Assembly (NCBI GenBank): GCA_965203355.1
Contig: OZ241889.1
Coordinates: 2,304,001 to 2,368,000, forward strand
DNA length: 64,000 nucleotides
Reading direction: 5' to 3'
DNA from: Candidatus Latescibacterota bacterium
GTDB lineage: Bacteria > Latescibacterota > UBA2968 > UBA8231
Part shown: positions 60,260 to 64,000 of the stretch, piece by piece
How the letters are laid out: each line of letters opens with the position of its first letter
Numbering within the stretch: the stretch's first letter is position 1
The notes under the pieces: model-generated
Database searches by the model: none
Told to the model about the DNA's origin: nothing
Seen by the model: the letters and a program-made list of their open reading frames with translations, nothing else
Position numbers and translations under genes: made by a program

Positions 60260-63200
60260 GTGGTACAGACTACCAATGCAGCGCGTAAACCGACTGATTT
60301 CGATTCTATCCGCATTCAGCTTGCTTCTCCCGAGACCATTCGCGCTTGGTCGAAAGGGGAGGTCACCAAACCTGAGACGATCAACTACCGCTCCTTCAAG
60401 CCGGAGCGCGATGGGTTGTTCTGCGAGCGCATCTTCGGTCCAGTCAAGGACTGGAACTGCCACTGCGGCAAGTATAAGGGCATCCGCTATCGAGGCGTAG
60501 TATGTGACCGTTGCGGCGTCGAGGTCACGCAGGTCAAGGTCCGCCGCGAGCGCCTTGGGCACATTGAGTTGGCCGTACAGGTTTCCCACATCTGGTATTT
60601 CAAGTCGCTACCTTCGCGCATCGGTGCCCTGCTCGACATCTCGATGCGCAACCTTGAGCGCATCCTCTATTACGAGTCCTATGTCGTCATTGATCCGCAG
60701 GACGCACCTGTGGAGAAGTTGGCTCTTTTGACGGAGGAGGAGCTTTTCGAGATACGAGAAGAAGGCGGCGACCCCGAGGTCGAAATGGGAGCACCCGCAG
60801 TCAGGCGGCTCTTAGAGGAGATCGACATTGAAGAGCTCTCGGCTGAGTTGCGAACCTTGGTTCGAATGGAGAGTTCGATCCAACGCAAGCAAGAAGCCCT
60901 CAAGCGGCTCAAGGTCGTCGAAGCCTTCCGCCAGTCCGAAAACCGGCCCGAGTGGATGATTCTCGACAACATTCCGGTCATTCCGCCGGACCTGCGTCCC
61001 TTGGTGCCCTTAGAAGGTGGTCGCTTCGCCACTTCCGACCTCAACGACCTCTACCGCCGGGTCATCAATCGCAACAACCGCTTGAAGAAGCTGATCAACA
61101 TCAAGGCTCCCGAAGTCATTCTGCGCAACGAGAAGAGGATGCTTCAAGAAGCCGTTGATGCCCTCTTCGACAACGGGCGTCGCTCGCGGGCCGTGCGCGG
61201 CGACAGCAGTCGCTCGCTCAAGTCGCTCAGCGATCTGCTCAAAGGCAAACAGGGCCGTTTTCGCCAAAACTTGCTAGGTAAACGCGTTGACTATTCGGGT
61301 CGTTCGGTCATCGTCGTCGGTCCAGAACTCAAACTGTACCAGTGCGGTCTGCCCCAAGGAATGGCCCTAGAGCTATTTAAGCCATTTGTAATCAAAAAGT
61401 TAGAAGAAAAAGGGCTGGTGCAAACCGTCAAAAGTGCCAAGAAGTTGGTCGAGCGCGAGCGCCCAGAGGTCTGGGATATTCTCGAGGAGATTATTCGCGA
61501 CCACTGCGTATTGCTCAATCGGGCACCGACGTTGCACAAGTTGGGTATTCAGGCGTTTCAGCCCATTCTCGTCGAGGGGAAGGCCATTCGCCTGCACCCG
61601 CTGGTCTGCGCCGCCTTTAATGCTGACTTCGATGGCGACCAGATGGCCGTGCATGTCCCGCTCTCGTTTGAGTCTCAGATCGAGGCGCGCCTTCTGATGC
61701 TTTCTACCAACAACATCCTCAAGCCGGCCGATGGCGAGCCGGTTGTCATGGACAACCCTCAGGACATTGTGCTCGGCAGTTATTACCTGACCAAGGTGCG
61801 TTTTAGCGAAGCAGGCGGAGTCGAGCGCTCCTTTGCCAACAAGACCGAGGCGGTTGCGGCTTTTGAATCTGGTCGCATCACCTTGCACCAGCCGGTCGTG
61901 GTGCGCATTGATGGCGAGATGGTGGATACGACCGTCGGTCGCTTGCTTTTTAACGAGGTGCTCCCGGAGGAAATCGGCTTTATCAATCGCACGGTTGACA
62001 AGGGCGATATCAAGAGCATTACCGCCCAAGTGCATCGCTTGCTGGGCAACAGGCGCACAGCCGAGTTCGTCGATCAGCTCAAGAGCATGGGCTATCACTA
62101 CGCGACGCTAGCCGGCGTATCCATCGCCGTTGACGACGTAGTCGTGCCCGATACTAAAACCAAGCTCATTGACGGAGCGCTCAAGGAAGTGGAGAAAGTC
62201 CGCGATCAGTATGCCAACGGCATCATCACTGATGGCGAGCGCTACAACAAGATCATAGATATCTGGACTCATACCACATCGGAGGTCTCGCGCGCGGTGC
62301 AACGTACGCTTGAGGAAGCCGAAGAGGGCTTTAACTCGGTTTACGTTATGAAGGATTCTGGTGCGCGCGGCAGCGAGGATCAGATCAAACAGCTAGGCGG
62401 CATGCGCGGTTTGATGAACAAGCCGCAGAAAAAGCTGACCGGTGCCGTCGGCGAAATCATCGAAACGCCGATTATCGCCTCTTTCAAAGAAGGGCTGTCG
62501 GTGCTCGAATACTTCATCTCGACCCACGGAGCGCGCAAGGGTTTGGCCGATACGGCTCTGAAGACGGCCGAAGCTGGATATCTGACGCGGCGGATGGTCG
62601 ATGTGGCTCAAGATATGGTGATCAGCGAAGAAGACTGCATGACTAGCCAAGGGTTGGAGATCGGTGCTCTCAAAGATGGAGAGGAGGTAATTGAGCCGCT
62701 GGCCGACCGCATCATCGGGCGAGTATTGCAAAAAGACGCTGAAGATGCCGACAAAAATGTGGTGGCCCGCGCAGGCACCCTGTTGGAAGAGGAAGACGCC
62801 AATCGCATTGCTCAAGCCGGCATTGAAAAAGTGGTTATTCGCTCGGTGCTCACATGCGAGTCCGAGCGTGGCGTTTGCATCAAGTGCTACGGACGCAACA
62901 TGGGTACCGGCCGCGAGGTCAATGTGGGCGAGGCCGTTGGGGTCGTAGCCGCACAGAGTATTGGTGAACCAGGTACTCAGCTCACGCTGCGAACTTTTCA
63001 CATCGGCGGTACGGCGAGTCGCATCGCCGAACAGTCGCAGATCACCGCGCGCCGGGCTGGCCGCGTTCAATTTTCCAAAGTCGATACGGTGCAAAACCCT
63101 ACAACCGGCGTCATGGTCGTCGGGCGCAATGGCGAAATTGGCTTGCTTGACGAACAGAATCGAGTGCGCTCGTCTGTCGCCACCCCTTATGGCGCAGTGC

Positions 63201-64000
63201 TCAAGGTCGAAAATGGGGACCAAGTCGAGATGGGGGATGTGCTGTACGAATGGGATCCATACAACAATGTGATTCTCACCGACCGCCCGGGCCGGACCCG
63301 GTTCATAGCTATCAATAAGGAAACTATGCGCGAGGAATTCGACGAAAGTACGGGCCTGAGCGTCCGCAGTATCGTCGAAGAGCGCGGCCGCTCGGTGAGT
63401 CCGGCAATTGAGATCGAGGGGGACGACTATGGAAGCCGTTCTTTTTTAATTCCGGTCGGTGCGCGTCTGCTAGTCGAAGATGGCGATCAAGTCGCACCGG
63501 GGCAGGTGTTGGCCAAAATCCCGCGCGAGCGTTCCAAGACGCGCGACATCACCGGCGGGTTGCCGCGGGTTGCCGAACTCTTTGAGGCGCGTCGGCCCAA
63601 GGAACCGGCGGTCATATCAGAAATTAACGGCACGGTGAGCTTTGGCGGTTTAATCCGCGGCAACCGCGAACTGTTCGTCACCCCGCCCTCGCGGGACGAT
63701 GAGGATGGCGAAAAAAAGAAATACTTGATTCCCTACGGCAAGCACTTGCGCGTGCATGAAGGCGACCGAGTCGAAGCCGGCGAGCGCCTCTCCGAAGGGG
63801 CTGTCAACCCGCACGACATCTTGCGAGTCCAAGGCGTGAAGAAGGTGCAGGAGTACTTGGTCAACGAGATTCAGGATGTCTATCGCCTTCAGGCTGTGGA
63901 GATCAACGACAAGCACATTGAGGTCATTGTCAAGCAGATGCTGCAGAAGGTGCGCATCACTTATCCCGGCGACACGAATTTCCTCGAGGGGGAGGAAGTG
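60260..64000 (+). CDS. rpoC: RNA polymerase beta' subunit, 3'-truncated
   Basis: KPETINY, CERIFGP, Zn finger, NADFDGD (about 61619), [13 protein letters not shown]; open to the window end. Confidence 0.98.
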   Translation, partial: MVQTTNAARKPTDFDSIRIQLASPETIRAWSKGEVTKPETINYRSFKPERDGLFCERIFGPVKDWNCHCGKYKGIRYRGVVCDRCGVEVTQVKVRRERLGHIELAVQVSHIWYFKSLPSRIGALLDISMRNLERILYYESYVVIDPQDAPVEKLALLTEEELFEIREEGGDPEVEMGAPAVRRLLEEIDIEELSAELRTLVRMESSIQRKQEALKRLKVVEAFRQSENRPEWMILDNIPVIPPDLRPLVPLEGGRFATSDLNDLYRRVINRNNRLKKLINIKAPEVILRNEKRMLQEAVDALFDNGRRSRAVRGDSSRSLKSLSDLLKGKQGRFRQNLLGKRVDYSGRSVIVVGPELKLYQCGLPQGMALELFKPFVIKKLEEKGLVQTVKSAKKLVERERPEVWDILEEIIRDHCVLLNRAPTLHKLGIQAFQPILVEGKAIRLHPLVCAAFNADFDGDQMAVHVPLSFESQIEARLLMLSTNNILKPADGEPVVMDNPQDIVLGSYYLTKVRFSEAGGVERSFANKTEAVAAFESGRITLHQPVVVRIDGEMVDTTVGRLLFNEVLPEEIGFINRTVDKGDIKSITAQVHRLLGNRRTAEFVDQLKSMGYHYATLAGVSIAVDDVVVPDTKTKLIDGALKEVEKVRDQYANGIITDGERYNKIIDIWTHTTSEVSRAVQRTLEEAEEGFNSVYVMKDSGARGSEDQIKQLGGMRGLMNKPQKKLTGAVGEIIETPIIASFKEGLSVLEYFISTHGARKGLADTALKTAEAGYLTRRMVDVAQDMVISEEDCMTSQGLEIGALKDGEEVIEPLADRIIGRVLQKDAEDADKNVVARAGTLLEEEDANRIAQAGIEKVVIRSVLTCESERGVCIKCYGRNMGTGREVNVGEAVGVVAAQSIGEPGTQLTLRTFHIGGTASRIAEQSQITARRAGRVQFSKVDTVQNPTTGVMVVGRNGEIGLLDEQNRVRSSVATPYGAVLKVENGDQVEMGDVLYEWDPYNNVILTDRPGRTRFIAINKETMREEFDESTGLSVRSIVEERGRSVSPAIEIEGDDYGSRSFLIPVGARLLVEDGDQVAPGQVLAKIPRERSKTRDITGGLPRVAELFEARRPKEPAVISEINGTVSFGGLIRGNRELFVTPPSRDDEDGEKKKYLIPYGKHLRVHEGDRVEAGERLSEGAVNPHDILRVQGVKKVQEYLVNEIQDVYRLQAVEINDKHIEVIVKQMLQKVRITYPGDTNFLEGEEV

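Noticed and set aside
62560-62600. RpoC bridge-helix TAEAGY as a streptolydigin-resistance allele
   Set aside because: Ala at this position is common in FCB-group RpoC, so it is not distinctive.

Overview
A high-GC bacterial chromosome segment with no CRISPR array, IS element, prophage or rRNA. C-terminal TWGxIK and FlgD-Ig/CHU_C-like tails, two PhyH dioxygenases and HEAT-repeat fusions suggest an FCB-superphylum organism such as Latescibacterota; this placement is inferred. 1-9.6 kb is a co-oriented envelope cluster: an Asp-rich probable beta-barrel protein, a TWGxIK-tailed secreted protein, two paralogous proteins with T9SS type-B-like C-termini and a double-parvulin lipoprotein. 9.7-47 kb is mixed metabolism: a degenerate shikimate kinase, PhyH-HEAT, M20 deacylase, nnr, a BglII-like REase with an MT-A70 MTase, carB-TPR/TonB-pyrK-pyrD, AAA-DUF4143, stand-alone rplC and infC (AUC start), an MFS-HEAT fusion, SulP, zapA and a FAD/Fe-S dehydrogenase-Rid-like-FmdB-LarA operon. 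45.8-52 kb is sbcD-sbcC-ygfZ plus a fingerless, apparently catalytically dead DinB. 52-64 kb is greA, tRNA-Gly/Thr, rpmG, tRNA-Trp, secE, nusG, rplKAJL, rpoB and partial rpoC, with no tuf. The best leads are the secretion-like cluster, the dead DinB with an intact clamp motif, the LarA operon, RpoB rifamycin-pocket substitutions and leader attenuators at greA, zapA and nusG. All calls come from reading motifs by eye; no database searches were run.
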